From a virus: a DNA stretch of 64,000 bases. The notes below the pieces were generated by a model. That model searched no databases. It had not been told where the DNA came from and worked only from the letters and a program-made list of their open reading frames with translations. The DNA is taken from positions 1-64,000 of IMG/VR virus record IMGVR_UViG_3300013772_000002; one strand, written 5' to 3'. Numbering within the stretch: the stretch's first letter is position 1; each line of letters begins with the position of its first letter. The position numbers were made by a program, and so were the translations under genes. This document shows positions 54,507 to 64,000 of the stretch, piece by piece.

Positions 54507-56567
54507 ATGCCTGTCGCTACCTCCGCCGTTGACCCGCTCGACGATTTGTTTGGCGCGATCAAGGGCAAACTCAGCCAGCAAGTACAGCGCGACGAGCGCG
54601 CCCGGCTTCGCCTCGCAAGCGGCGGGGCGATTGGTGCTGGCGGCTCGGCTCTGCGCATGTACGAAGAAGGGACGATCTGGACGGATGGTATTGCGCCACC
54701 AACCTTCGTCGATTTCGTCACGAACGAGATGGAGGGCTTTCTTTATCCTCTGCAGGCCGAAGCAATCATGGCCGCGATTGGCAACGATCCTGCTTTGCTC
54801 TTTCATCCGCGAGTCGACGAGAACGAGTATTACAACGATTGGCCGAATGGTCCACCACTACGCAATATTATATCTACTATTATCTTGTTATGGGGTAAGG
54901 GAAGCGGAAAAGACCTCATCATTTCATATCTAGTATCATATATAGTGTTTGTAATCATGCACATGGCAGACCCCTATGCATACTTTCATCATGCCCCCGG
55001 TGAACCCTTCGACATCATTAACTGCGCCATTAATGCCCACCAAGCGCAGAACGTCTTCTTCCGTAAGCTCAAGAATTGTTTGTTGCGTGAGTGTTTTCAG
55101 AAGTTCGGCAGTAGGCCCGACATCCTCACTGATCGTGCCATCTTCTACCGCGTTGTTCCGGGCATCTCCGAGCCGGTCGAACTGATTCGTTGCTGGTCAC
55201 GCCACTCGAAATCTGAATCGATTGAGGGGATGAATATCATCGCCTTTATCCTCGACGAGGCATCGGGATTCGAGCTCAAGGGGAAGAAGGAACTGGCGGA
55301 AGACGACGAGGGCGAAGAGTACGCCCTCTCTCCCGCCGATGCGATCTTCGATGTTCTCGAAACATCCGCCGCAACGCGCTTCGAGGATCAGTACCTGGGA
55401 TTCGTGATTTCGTATCCACGCTTTGAAGATGACTTTACGATGCGGATGTATAACCGGACACTTCTGGATCATCCAATGAACTACTTCTCGTTGGACGACA
55501 TCGATGATCCGAATGACTCCGTCGGGCTATCGCGGATCGGCAAGTTGAAGTATCCCCACATCTTCGCGCATAAAGCGGCTACCTGGGAAGTCAACCTCAA
55601 GAAACCACGCAGTGCATTCGATAAGTTCTTTCGTGCCAATCCTGAGAAGTCGGCGATGCGCTTCGCTTGCGAACCGCCCCCCGCCAAGGGCGGCTACTTC
55701 TCGCAGCCACAAAAGATTGACGAGGCATTCAGTGAACGCCTTCGCCCCGCTGTCCAGTGGACCGTCGACCATATTCGCCGCGGCTCTCAGGAGTTGGTCG
55801 GCGTCAAGTTGACAGGGCACCGCTTCTCTCCCGCCAACCTCTATGTTGCCCACTGCGATCCCGGTCTGAGTTCTGACGCTTTCACGCTCGGTATCGCGCA
55901 CCCGAACTACGCGGTACAAGCGGAAATCTTCGACTCCAAAGGAAAGGCGTACACGGTTCCGCAGGTGGTGATCGACTCGCTTATCGTCTGGCGTCCCGAG
56001 CCGCGCGAGCATCGTGTCGTTGATTTCATTAATGCCTCGCAGGTGATTCTCGATCTGGCCGGACTTTGTGACATGCGTCGTTGGTCGGCGGATCGTTGGA
56101 ACAGCGCCCAGTTACAACAACAACTGACTGCCGCTGGCATTCGCTGTGAGTACGCCGCCTTCTCGAATGCACAGCAAATCCAGCAGTACGAGAATTTCAA
56201 GACACTCCTCTATGCCGGACTGATCAAGTTCAGTGGTTTCTGGGATGTCGAGCCCTGGCGGCGCGTACGAGACGAACTTCGCAAGTTGATCCTCATCAAT
56301 GGCACGCGCATCGATCACCAAACGGGCGGATCGAAAGACTGTGCGGATGTCGTTGTTGGTGCTACCTGGCTCGCTTGCCAAAAAGGTCTCTCGCAGCGGG
56401 CATTCGAGGGATACGCTCCCCCCGCTCCGGGTCATGCCACTCTCCACCAGCACAACCAGACAACATCGACCCTTGATACCTTGCGCCGCATGCACCGCGC
56501 TCCAAACGCGAAGGAAACGCTGCGGCTCCCCTACGCCAAGTCCCGCATTTCGGCAGGAGTTAGCTAA
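54507..56567 (+). CDS. terL: Terminase large subunit
   Basis: LYPLQ, WGKGSGKD Walker A, FILDE Walker B, ISYP, HCDPGLSSD and IDH..GGSKDCAD. Confidence 0.92.
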   Translation: MPVATSAVDPLDDLFGAIKGKLSQQVQRDERARLRLASGGAIGAGGSALRMYEEGTIWTDGIAPPTFVDFVTNEMEGFLYPLQAEAIMAAIGNDPALLFHPRVDENEYYNDWPNGPPLRNIISTIILLWGKGSGKDLIISYLVSYIVFVIMHMADPYAYFHHAPGEPFDIINCAINAHQAQNVFFRKLKNCLLRECFQKFGSRPDILTDRAIFYRVVPGISEPVELIRCWSRHSKSESIEGMNIIAFILDEASGFELKGKKELAEDDEGEEYALSPADAIFDVLETSAATRFEDQYLGFVISYPRFEDDFTMRMYNRTLLDHPMNYFSLDDIDDPNDSVGLSRIGKLKYPHIFAHKAATWEVNLKKPRSAFDKFFRANPEKSAMRFACEPPPAKGGYFSQPQKIDEAFSERLRPAVQWTVDHIRRGSQELVGVKLTGHRFSPANLYVAHCDPGLSSDAFTLGIAHPNYAVQAEIFDSKGKAYTVPQVVIDSLIVWRPEPREHRVVDFINASQVILDLAGLCDMRRWSADRWNSAQLQQQLTAAGIRCEYAAFSNAQQIQQYENFKTLLYAGLIKFSGFWDVEPWRRVRDELRKLILINGTRIDHQTGGSKDCADVVVGATWLACQKGLSQRAFEGYAPPAPGHATLHQHNQTTSTLDTLRRMHRAPNAKETLRLPYAKSRISAGVS

Positions 56568-58531
56568 TGCCCCGCGACCCGCGCATGCCAAACATCCCGG
56601 CGCCACCTGACTGGGACTACCACCAGGGGAAAATCTATCTTCCCCCGACGATTGCCAAGTCAATTAGGGAAGAGAAGAGTGCCGAAGAGAAGGCGATCAA
56701 GGGGAAGCTCTTCTCCAACTGGTCCCGGACAATTACGCGTACCGCCGGCGGCGCCGTTGACCGTTCGCCGAACCGCCCCTCACACGCCCTCCTGAAGTAC
56801 GTGGCACGTAACTGCACGCTGGATTCAGCGATTATCTCGACACTCAAGGCGAACATTTCCGCCTTTACACAAGTCGCCCACGTCGAGGGGAAGCAGATTG
56901 GCTTCCGCGTCGTGCACAAACGGTACAACGATCCCGCCTGGCAGCCGGACGAGGAGACGTTACACGATATCAATGATCGCTGCCGCCAGATGGAACGCTT
57001 GATCCTCAATACGACCAAGCCCGCCTGCCCTTCGTTCGCCACCTTTATGTCGGCGGCGACCGATGATGAGCTGACAATCGACCGCGCGAACATGGTGATC
57101 GTCCCTGACCGCCAGGGACGTCCCCTTAGTTATCACTATCTTCCCGGCGGGACGCTCTTGCCACGCTTCCTCTATCTCAAAGAGTTCATGGCTCGCTGGG
57201 GTAAAGAGGATTCGCTCTTCTATAATGACGACCGTGCCGCCCAACGTCTTTCCGAGGAGCTGAAACTTAACGGCGTGCGCACTCCCGAGGGGCACGAGAT
57301 CGACCTGACGCATGCCGCTTTCGTACAGGTCCTTGATGACAATACCGTCTGTGGCGCTTGGACTGAGAAGCAATTGGCGATTGACATTATCAACCCGATG
57401 GTGGAGATCGACCAGAGTTACTTTGGCACTTCGCCGGTCGAGCAGTCACTCGACGTGAGCTATCTGTGGAACAGTGCCTGGAACTACCAGAAGCAGCTAT
57501 TCCAAACGACCTGGCCCGAAGCGATCCTCCTGTTGCACGGCGACTACTCCCCCGAAGGGTTGCAGGGGTTCAAGGACGATGTCCTTGCCTCGCACGGTAA
57601 CTCTCAACGTCTGCCAGTGATTTCCGGTGGTCCGAAAGGGGAGACCGACGTCTCGCTCGTTACATTGCGCAATACGCCACAGGACATGCTCTTCGACCAG
57701 CTGTTGAAATTCATGCTCGCGCTGAAGTGCGCCTTTTTTCGCATCCATCCCAGTACGATCAACTTCGCTTCCGAGGGCGCCGCTTCCGATGGCGGTCTGC
57801 CCCAAGACCGAAACTACATCATCCAGCAGGCCAACGAAGAGGGCAACCGTTCGCGCCTGCGTCGTCGCTTCGGCTGGCTGACCCATCACCTGATCATCCC
57901 ATGGTACGACGATCTGATCGCCATTCCCGAAGGAATGGACATGGTTCCCTTCGAGCAGGTCATTCAACGTGAGATCGAGCTCTCCGGCGCGGGCATCAAG
58001 ACGAAGAACGAGACGCGCGCGCAGATCGGTCTTCCGCCCATGCCCGATGGTCTACCTGGCTCCAACCTTGGCGACTGGACTGGATCACAGGTCGATGTCG
58101 CGATCGTCGGCGCCATCCAGGCTCAGGAAGCGATGAAGCAGCAGCAACAGGCGCAGATGAACCCACAGAATGTCGCCGCACAACAGCCGGGCGCTAGCGG
58201 TGGCGACTATGGCGCCGACCAAGGGATGCCCCAGGGCGGTGCGACCACCCCACCTCCACAGGGTCAACCACCCCAACCCGGCGCCCCGCCGACGGGCGGA
58301 CCACCCGCGGCGCCGCCGCCTCCTCCGGCACAAAAGAGTCTCAATCCATTGACGGAAACGGAGGGACATCCCCACCATCGGAAGACACATTACAGTCTTC
58401 TCTGGTCGGGTGGCCCGGTCGTGCCGCGCGGCGGTCTCGGTTCTGCCTACATGGAGGATGACGAGGACGACACTGATGATGGTCCGAATGGTTCGGACGA
58501 TGATGGAGGCGAGGATGGCGACGACGTCTAG
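56567..58531 (+). CDS. Portal protein with a long low-complexity C-terminal tail
   Basis: Directly after TerL; YFGTSPVEQ, QDMLF, CAFFRIHP..INF and TKNETRAQIGLPP. Confidence 0.88.
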   Translation: MPRDPRMPNIPAPPDWDYHQGKIYLPPTIAKSIREEKSAEEKAIKGKLFSNWSRTITRTAGGAVDRSPNRPSHALLKYVARNCTLDSAIISTLKANISAFTQVAHVEGKQIGFRVVHKRYNDPAWQPDEETLHDINDRCRQMERLILNTTKPACPSFATFMSAATDDELTIDRANMVIVPDRQGRPLSYHYLPGGTLLPRFLYLKEFMARWGKEDSLFYNDDRAAQRLSEELKLNGVRTPEGHEIDLTHAAFVQVLDDNTVCGAWTEKQLAIDIINPMVEIDQSYFGTSPVEQSLDVSYLWNSAWNYQKQLFQTTWPEAILLLHGDYSPEGLQGFKDDVLASHGNSQRLPVISGGPKGETDVSLVTLRNTPQDMLFDQLLKFMLALKCAFFRIHPSTINFASEGAASDGGLPQDRNYIIQQANEEGNRSRLRRRFGWLTHHLIIPWYDDLIAIPEGMDMVPFEQVIQREIELSGAGIKTKNETRAQIGLPPMPDGLPGSNLGDWTGSQVDVAIVGAIQAQEAMKQQQQAQMNPQNVAAQQPGASGGDYGADQGMPQGGATTPPPQGQPPQPGAPPTGGPPAAPPPPPAQKSLNPLTETEGHPHHRKTHYSLLWSGGPVVPRGGLGSAYMEDDEDDTDDGPNGSDDDGGEDGDDV

Positions 58532-58790
58532 CCCTAAGACCACCGTCGGCGACATCGTTATGTTTCATCGCGCGCATGGTGTCCACCGTGGTGTCGTACT
58601 CGCTTCTGGCAAGGATGGCGCGCGCGTTCTCGATGCTTTCACGGGCGATAAGTTGGAAGTACGTCACGAAGGTATCTATCGTCACATTACTATTGATGCC
58701 ACCGACCTCCGCGCCGCTGTTGCCGGATTGCACGGCATGGGCCTGCGCGTTCATTTGACCGACGCGCAACGCATCGCGCTGGAGGAGTAA
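58515..58790 (+). CDS. Hypothetical protein
   Basis: GGAGG RBS. Confidence 0.6.
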   Translation: MATTSSPKTTVGDIVMFHRAHGVHRGVVLASGKDGARVLDAFTGDKLEVRHEGIYRHITIDATDLRAAVAGLHGMGLRVHLTDAQRIALEE

Positions 58791-58794
58791 TCCC

Positions 58795-59277
58795 ATGCCT
58801 ACGCATCGTGTTGCCTGGATTGGCGCCTATGAACCGCTCAAGCCATGGCGTTTCGATACCGGATATCCCTCGATCTCTCTCTTTATGGGGGACGACGTCG
58901 ATATCTATTTTCGGGCAACGATGCGTGCCGCCACGACGATCTATACTCCCGATGGGGGCTTTGAGAGTACCGTTGTCGATCTCACTTATGCCAAAATCAT
59001 CTTTACCCTGACCCCCGCCGACCCCGACCTGACAGACCCCCAGACGATCACGAAGACGAGCGCTACCGGCGGCGGCATTGTGATCGTTGACGGTCCAACC
59101 GGGCAGTTGACGATTTCGCTTGCCGCCGCGGATACCGCCGACCTGCCAACGACCGTTTACACCGCTGAGTGTCGTGCGTTGTTTACGGACACGGGCAAGA
59201 TCGGCATGATCGGCAAGAGTCCCGCCTTCTTCATCCCCACGAGCATTGGCGCGGACGCCTTCAACGCGATTCCATAA
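58795..59277 (+). CDS. Putative virion protein (Ig/BppU-like fold)
   Basis: VDLT.A.I.FT...GIVIVDGPTGQLTISL..ADTA.LP pattern. Confidence 0.5.
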   Translation: MPTHRVAWIGAYEPLKPWRFDTGYPSISLFMGDDVDIYFRATMRAATTIYTPDGGFESTVVDLTYAKIIFTLTPADPDLTDPQTITKTSATGGGIVIVDGPTGQLTISLAAADTADLPTTVYTAECRALFTDTGKIGMIGKSPAFFIPTSIGADAFNAIP

Positions 59278-59287
59278 TAGGAGCCAT

Positions 59288-60016
59288 ATGGCGACGCCCA
59301 CGCTGCCGGAACAGCACAAGTTCAGCTCGAAAATCTTCATCCCGGGTCACGGATGGAAATATAACTACGCGCCCGGCTTATCGTCGACACGCGTGCCGAC
59401 CTTCGCTGCTGCTGCCGCGCGTGCGCGATCTGCCGCCACTCCCCCGGGAGGCACGGCGCCACCAACCCTTCCTTCGACCCCATCTCCTCAAACTCCACCC
59501 CCGCCGCCCGGTGACGATGGCATGATTCGCGTCGGTGACCGGGTTGTTCCACGTGCTGAAGGTAAACGCGCCCGCCGCTCTTTTCGCCCCGATGGCGGAC
59601 CCGACCCGGACGACGAAGCCACGGCACAATTCGTTGCTCAGGCGCGTGGTTATATCCGCAAGGCGCTTTTTCTCTATGCCCATGAACGATGTGCACTTGG
59701 GCATTTGCCCAATGTTTGGAGTGCGTTAGAGCCCCACCTAGACGCCGCGCTCGAGGCGGGAGTCGATATGGTTGTCGCCGATAAAGATCGTCTCTCCGCG
59801 CTCTTCAAGGCCGCGAAGGGAAACGCGCATATCGCCGGGCATCTCGCCGCCGCCGACCGCTGGATACCTGCCGCGCATGCCATCTGCGCCGCCGCCAATG
59901 TGCCGCAATTTGGCGGTGAACTTGCTCGGATCGCTCGACCACGCTCAGGTTGGCCAGCGTTCGATGCCGCCATGAGGGAACTTTCTGAGATGCGTCGTGG
60001 TACCCCAAATGACTGA
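59288..60016 (+). CDS. Putative head-associated protein
   Basis: AGGAG RBS; located in the head module. Confidence 0.55.
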   Translation: MATPTLPEQHKFSSKIFIPGHGWKYNYAPGLSSTRVPTFAAAAARARSAATPPGGTAPPTLPSTPSPQTPPPPPGDDGMIRVGDRVVPRAEGKRARRSFRPDGGPDPDDEATAQFVAQARGYIRKALFLYAHERCALGHLPNVWSALEPHLDAALEAGVDMVVADKDRLSALFKAAKGNAHIAGHLAAADRWIPAAHAICAAANVPQFGGELARIARPRSGWPAFDAAMRELSEMRRGTPND

Positions 60017-61364
60017 TGCACTTGGTCCTGTCCCCACACTTCATCTTGACCACCACGGCTTACCCGTGGCGTTTGGAGACGTGCCAGCGGGGGCATATAG
60101 GATCATCACCCTTCTCGAGGGTCCCCTGACGGGAAAGGACATCCTCATCCGTAAACGCCCCGATAACGCCGTCGATCTCTTTCTCGTCCCCGAGAACAAG
60201 ATTGGCAAATCCCTGCGCCTCGATGGTATCGGTCACGAACCTGATCGGGAACCGCTAGAGAAGACCTTTATCGAGCATCTCGGTTCTCACCTTGCCGCCC
60301 AATCCGCCGCAAAGACCGTCGCTCCGACGCCGCCGCCACAGGCATCGTCAACATGGACGAGTACGAACAAGCCGACACATATAGCGCACGTCTCATTGCC
60401 ATCAGGACAGACAAAATACATCGGTATGCACGGCACTCCCATGCCTGATCTCGAGTCGTATAAGATTGGCAATCCCGCCGATCGTGCCGATGGTTCGATC
60501 GGTATCCGTAATGGGCAGAAGTTGGCGATGACGCCCGTTGAGCGCGCGACCAATCGTGCCTACGGCGTGACGAATCCGACTGCGGACCTCCCCTCCGCCC
60601 GGATCGGCACGAATGCGCAGGAGGCGGTCAGGCGGCGCGTCTCGCATCCTGACTTCCGGATGATCGACGAAACAGGTAAATCGAAGTCGGATCGTTGGGA
60701 CGACATGGAACGCAAGGTATTGGCGGGCGGTCTGGTACCGAGCGACCATCCCTATCTCTCACCGCGCGCCTACATGGGCATTGGCCCTGACGGTCATGTC
60801 ATTCATGTCGCCACCGCCGCGACGGAAAAGATGCGTCCCGAACTGCCGCAGTCTAGGGGCGAGAGCTATGCGTATGGCGAACATAGTCACAAGAGTACGG
60901 GCGACTACCCCGATCGCGGCCATGCCGACGATTTCCTCCATCATGCGATCTACAACCCCGCCTGGGTGACGATGCAGCGACGACATGGCAAGGACATCAT
61001 GTACCGTCACGTCTACCCGCGCGCGGACGGCAAGAACAGCCAGTTGGAACATGACGCGCCGGGCGGCCTCACGTACGTAATGGAGCGCATCCGTCACCCT
61101 AATGACCCAAACGGTAATCACTGGAACCTGCAGACCGTGATTACGAACCAGGGTTATAGTCGTCACCACCCAACCCACGATCAATACGTCGCGGAGTCAC
61201 ATCGTCTCGCTGACGATAATCGTGGCGCGCGCTATATCCGCAGTAGCGAGAATCCGAATGACCCGGGCGTCCAGGCTGCCGTTGCCGCCAGCGCCAAGCG
61301 GTATGAGTACCTCTCAAACAAGAACTCTCCCAAGATTGCCGATCCAGACACGGGAGGGCGCTAA
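60009..61364 (+). CDS. Putative internal virion protein, His-rich
   Basis: Long ORF after the portal. Confidence 0.6.
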   Translation: MTDALGPVPTLHLDHHGLPVAFGDVPAGAYRIITLLEGPLTGKDILIRKRPDNAVDLFLVPENKIGKSLRLDGIGHEPDREPLEKTFIEHLGSHLAAQSAAKTVAPTPPPQASSTWTSTNKPTHIAHVSLPSGQTKYIGMHGTPMPDLESYKIGNPADRADGSIGIRNGQKLAMTPVERATNRAYGVTNPTADLPSARIGTNAQEAVRRRVSHPDFRMIDETGKSKSDRWDDMERKVLAGGLVPSDHPYLSPRAYMGIGPDGHVIHVATAATEKMRPELPQSRGESYAYGEHSHKSTGDYPDRGHADDFLHHAIYNPAWVTMQRRHGKDIMYRHVYPRADGKNSQLEHDAPGGLTYVMERIRHPNDPNGNHWNLQTVITNQGYSRHHPTHDQYVAESHRLADDNRGARYIRSSENPNDPGVQAAVAASAKRYEYLSNKNSPKIADPDTGGR

Positions 61365-64000
61365 TGCCCGTCACGCCGTCAACAATCCCACCGAACAATG
61401 TTCCCGTCCGCCTTGCCGCTAACGCGGCGCAGGGAACGGCGCCGACGATGGGGCAAATACACGGTATTAGTAATGACCTGAAATTGGTGCCATCTCCGAA
61501 CGCGGGAAAGACTGACCTCACTCCGGGCGTGCCTGGTGGCATGGTGCCGAAACTCGCCCTCAATCTTCCCCAACGTCCACGCATCACGGCTGATCCGGTC
61601 GAAGATCAGCCATCAGCCAATGCATTTCCGGTTGCCGGTGGTGGATCGCCTCCGCCTCCCGCCGGTTCCGCCGTGCATCGTGCGGTTCCCCGGCTCTTCG
61701 GCGGACTCAATAACGCCAATGACCTGCGTCTCGATTACGCCGCCGCCGTTCGTCATCCCGACGGCGACTGGTTCGCGGACGGCGGCTACGCCCCGCCCCG
61801 CGTCACCGACGACCCGCTCGCGAATCGCGCGTACGGCGCTCAGCGCGCCGCCGCCCACACAAGCGTTGCCCAGGGTGCGCCCGCCGCTTGGGTTGGTCCA
61901 GACGGCGCGGTCGGTCATGGCATCTCGCTCCACGATCGCGAAGGTAACTTGATTGGTCATACAATGCGCCACTATCATGACGACGGCGCCGGTGGTATCG
62001 CGACACGCATGCACCCGATGACCCTCGCTCCAGGGATTAATCCGGCGGTCGCGCACCAGCACGCCCATGCCGAGGATCAATGGCTCAGGGGGCATGGCGT
62101 GACACGCAAGGAGCGGTCGGTCGGCGCCGGGCAAGAAGCACACGACGCGGCGCGCGAGGGCTACGACTTTGCCTCGCCTGCCCAGGGCTACAATGCGACA
62201 CAGCGCTATCACCGCTATCTGATGGAGCGCGGCCATACGCGGGCGATGAACGAGTGGCAAGATCGGTTGGCCGCCGAGGGGCGAGACGCGATGACGCCCA
62301 ACGAAATCGTCACGCACGCTCCCTTCCAGACACAGGTAACACAGCGCGGTGAAAACGGTCATGCCGAGGACTTTCCGACGGTCGGTGCGGGCACTGCCTA
62401 CATGCTCGAACATCAGCAGCCCTATGAGGCGGTGCAAGATTTTGATTCGCCCGGCGATCGGATCGGCGTTGCCCAACGCGCCGTGGAAATGAGCAAGTCC
62501 CTTGCTCCTCCGCCGATGCCGAAGATCGATGTCCATGCGGAGCCGCCGCGTGGCGCTTACCGCATTCCGCCCGTACCGAAACCGGCGCCCGCCCAGCCGA
62601 AAGCGGCGGAACCGTGGCATGGCACCGCTGAACGGGCGGCCGCGACCTGGCGCTCACCGACGCCTGAACCAGAAGGATGGGGCAAACCGAAGCCGCCGCC
62701 CGAGTCGGTCACTGGTCCTGCCGTCCATGGCGCGACTCCCTACGCCAACGTGACGCCAACGCATATTCCCCACGAACCGGATGCCCCGCCGGTCCACCAG
62801 ATGACCCAGGCGGAATTCCTCAAGACTGGCCACCTCCTCTACCCGAGCAGCGAAGATAATGGCTACGGGAACACCGCCCGTATGCGTCTGACGCCGGAGA
62901 TTGGCGGCAACCTCAATCGCTACGCCGAAGAGGTCGGCGGCGCATCAGTACGCGGCAGGCATCGCAAGGCGGGCAACAGCGACCCGACCGGCGGCGGTCG
63001 TCCTCCGGAGCACGCGGCGATCCAGACGGAGCGGCGCGCTGACCTTCGGGCGGCGATGGAGAAGCATGGCGTCCTCTGGCATCACGACGAGCAAGGCAAT
63101 CCACAACGAATCGACAACCTCGACGCCCTGCCCGAGCATATCCACGACAATGGCAACATCTTTGCCTTCCCGCCTGATGCGCCCAAGCAGGACGCGAAGA
63201 CGGTCTGGGGCAGTGGCTTCCGCGCCGACCAGGGTCACTCCCCTTACAGCGACGAACCCGATACCAGCGAGGACATGACCGATAGTTATACCGCCGGTCA
63301 TCACGGTAAAGTCGTCGACCATAACTTCCTCTTCGACGCCGACGATGACTTCGAGGAGAACGAGCACGAAGGGACACCCAAGAAGCCCGCGCCAGACCCC
63401 AAGGTCGTCCTGGCACGTCGGGACATGATCGGCAACAATGGCAAGAAAGTCCATGCGAACCTCGTACGCGCGGCCCTCATGCACGGCGACGAGCATGTCC
63501 CCGACTCCGTGCTCGCCGACTATCCGGGGTTGCGCGAGAAAGTCGACGCGGAGCGGCTTGAGAAGTTCCGTCCGCAGATGGAATACAACGCCACCCTCCG
63601 CCCCCACCTCGACGATTTTGCCGTCAAGGCGCGCAAATTTATCCAGAACAGCGTCGACAAGAAGATGGAAGGGCATCTCGCGGCCGTCAAGCGGGACAAG
63701 CCGAATCACATCCCCGAGTACGGTGATTTCGATACCCATCCCTCTGCCAGTGACCGTCGGCTGGCGGCGTTGGACTATGAGACCGTCGCCCCCTTCGACG
63801 TTCCGGATGCCCATGCGGCGATGGAGTCTTGGCCCAAGGGCGCGCGGGAGCTCCCGAAAGTCGGTCAACTCGCCAAGCACTACGACGCCCATGCCGCGCT
63901 GACGCGCCACCATAGTGGCGCGGACCTCTATCACTACACCGTCTCCCCCGGTCATTTCTCTGACTTCCAGCCGGAGCGCAAGACCGAATACGAACCGGAG
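61364..64000 (+). CDS. Large His/Pro-rich putative internal virion (polyvalent-like) protein, truncated by window end
   Basis: GGAGG RBS and TAATG coupling; the frame (MPVTPSTIPPNN...) read by eye stays open to the window end; absent from the ORF track because it has no stop. Confidence 0.75.
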   Translation, partial: MPVTPSTIPPNNVPVRLAANAAQGTAPTMGQIHGISNDLKLVPSPNAGKTDLTPGVPGGMVPKLALNLPQRPRITADPVEDQPSANAFPVAGGGSPPPPAGSAVHRAVPRLFGGLNNANDLRLDYAAAVRHPDGDWFADGGYAPPRVTDDPLANRAYGAQRAAAHTSVAQGAPAAWVGPDGAVGHGISLHDREGNLIGHTMRHYHDDGAGGIATRMHPMTLAPGINPAVAHQHAHAEDQWLRGHGVTRKERSVGAGQEAHDAAREGYDFASPAQGYNATQRYHRYLMERGHTRAMNEWQDRLAAEGRDAMTPNEIVTHAPFQTQVTQRGENGHAEDFPTVGAGTAYMLEHQQPYEAVQDFDSPGDRIGVAQRAVEMSKSLAPPPMPKIDVHAEPPRGAYRIPPVPKPAPAQPKAAEPWHGTAERAAATWRSPTPEPEGWGKPKPPPESVTGPAVHGATPYANVTPTHIPHEPDAPPVHQMTQAEFLKTGHLLYPSSEDNGYGNTARMRLTPEIGGNLNRYAEEVGGASVRGRHRKAGNSDPTGGGRPPEHAAIQTERRADLRAAMEKHGVLWHHDEQGNPQRIDNLDALPEHIHDNGNIFAFPPDAPKQDAKTVWGSGFRADQGHSPYSDEPDTSEDMTDSYTAGHHGKVVDHNFLFDADDDFEENEHEGTPKKPAPDPKVVLARRDMIGNNGKKVHANLVRAALMHGDEHVPDSVLADYPGLREKVDAERLEKFRPQMEYNATLRPHLDDFAVKARKFIQNSVDKKMEGHLAAVKRDKPNHIPEYGDFDTHPSASDRRLAALDYETVAPFDVPDAHAAMESWPKGARELPKVGQLAKHYDAHAALTRHHSGADLYHYTVSPGHFSDFQPERKTEYEPE

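Larger units (their letters stand above)
1..64000. mobile_element. Large tailed bacteriophage genome segment (Caudoviricetes)
   Basis: Terminase large subunit, portal, phage-type DnaE/RNR/RNA ligase/HNH/MTase genes and dense small hypothetical ORFs; no host housekeeping context. Confidence 0.93.

Noticed and set aside
1-64000. Apparent abundance of CGATCG/GATC and a specific host assignment (e.g. Chloroflexota or Actinomycetota)
   Set aside because: Neither can be established without k-mer statistics and phylogeny, so no claim is made

Overview
This window is a ~64 kb segment of a large, GC-rich tailed dsDNA bacteriophage genome; no integrase, tRNA, rRNA or CRISPR array was seen. (1) 1-7.0 kb: a divergent array of about 22 tiny genes driven by 17 related sigma70-type promoters (TTGACA-N17-TAnnnT), typical of an early/host-takeover region. 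It is followed by a non-coding hairpin-rich stretch and AAAAGGGTGGT repeats (possible origin or terminus). (2) 7.6-12.7 kb: an HNH gene, a 173-nt closed structured element, and five tandem DNA methyltransferase genes. Three of these are C5-MTases that each carry a second overlapping ORF with its own Shine-Dalgarno (alpha/beta architecture), and one has an in-frame CCG-TAG-CCT at the catalytic motif. (3) 12.7-37.8 kb: many small hypothetical genes, a secreted SGNH hydrolase, an RNA ligase, a complete PrkA/YeaG-YeaH-SpoVR triad interrupted by a methylase and four micro membrane peptides, a BCS1-like AAA ATPase, an MT-A70 methylase, a SLOG protein and SSB. (4) 37.9-44.5 kb: DnaE, two apparently nuclease-dead HNH DNA-binding proteins and a DarG-like macrodomain. 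(5) 44.5-52.9 kb, minus strand: nucleotide metabolism (HAD, HD, class II RNR, dNMP kinase, MazG-like) and an FtsH-like AAA peptidase. (6) 53-64 kb: packaging/head module (putative TerS, RusA, TerL, portal) and large His/Pro-rich putative virion proteins running off the window end. All product calls come from motif recognition by eye; no searches were run.
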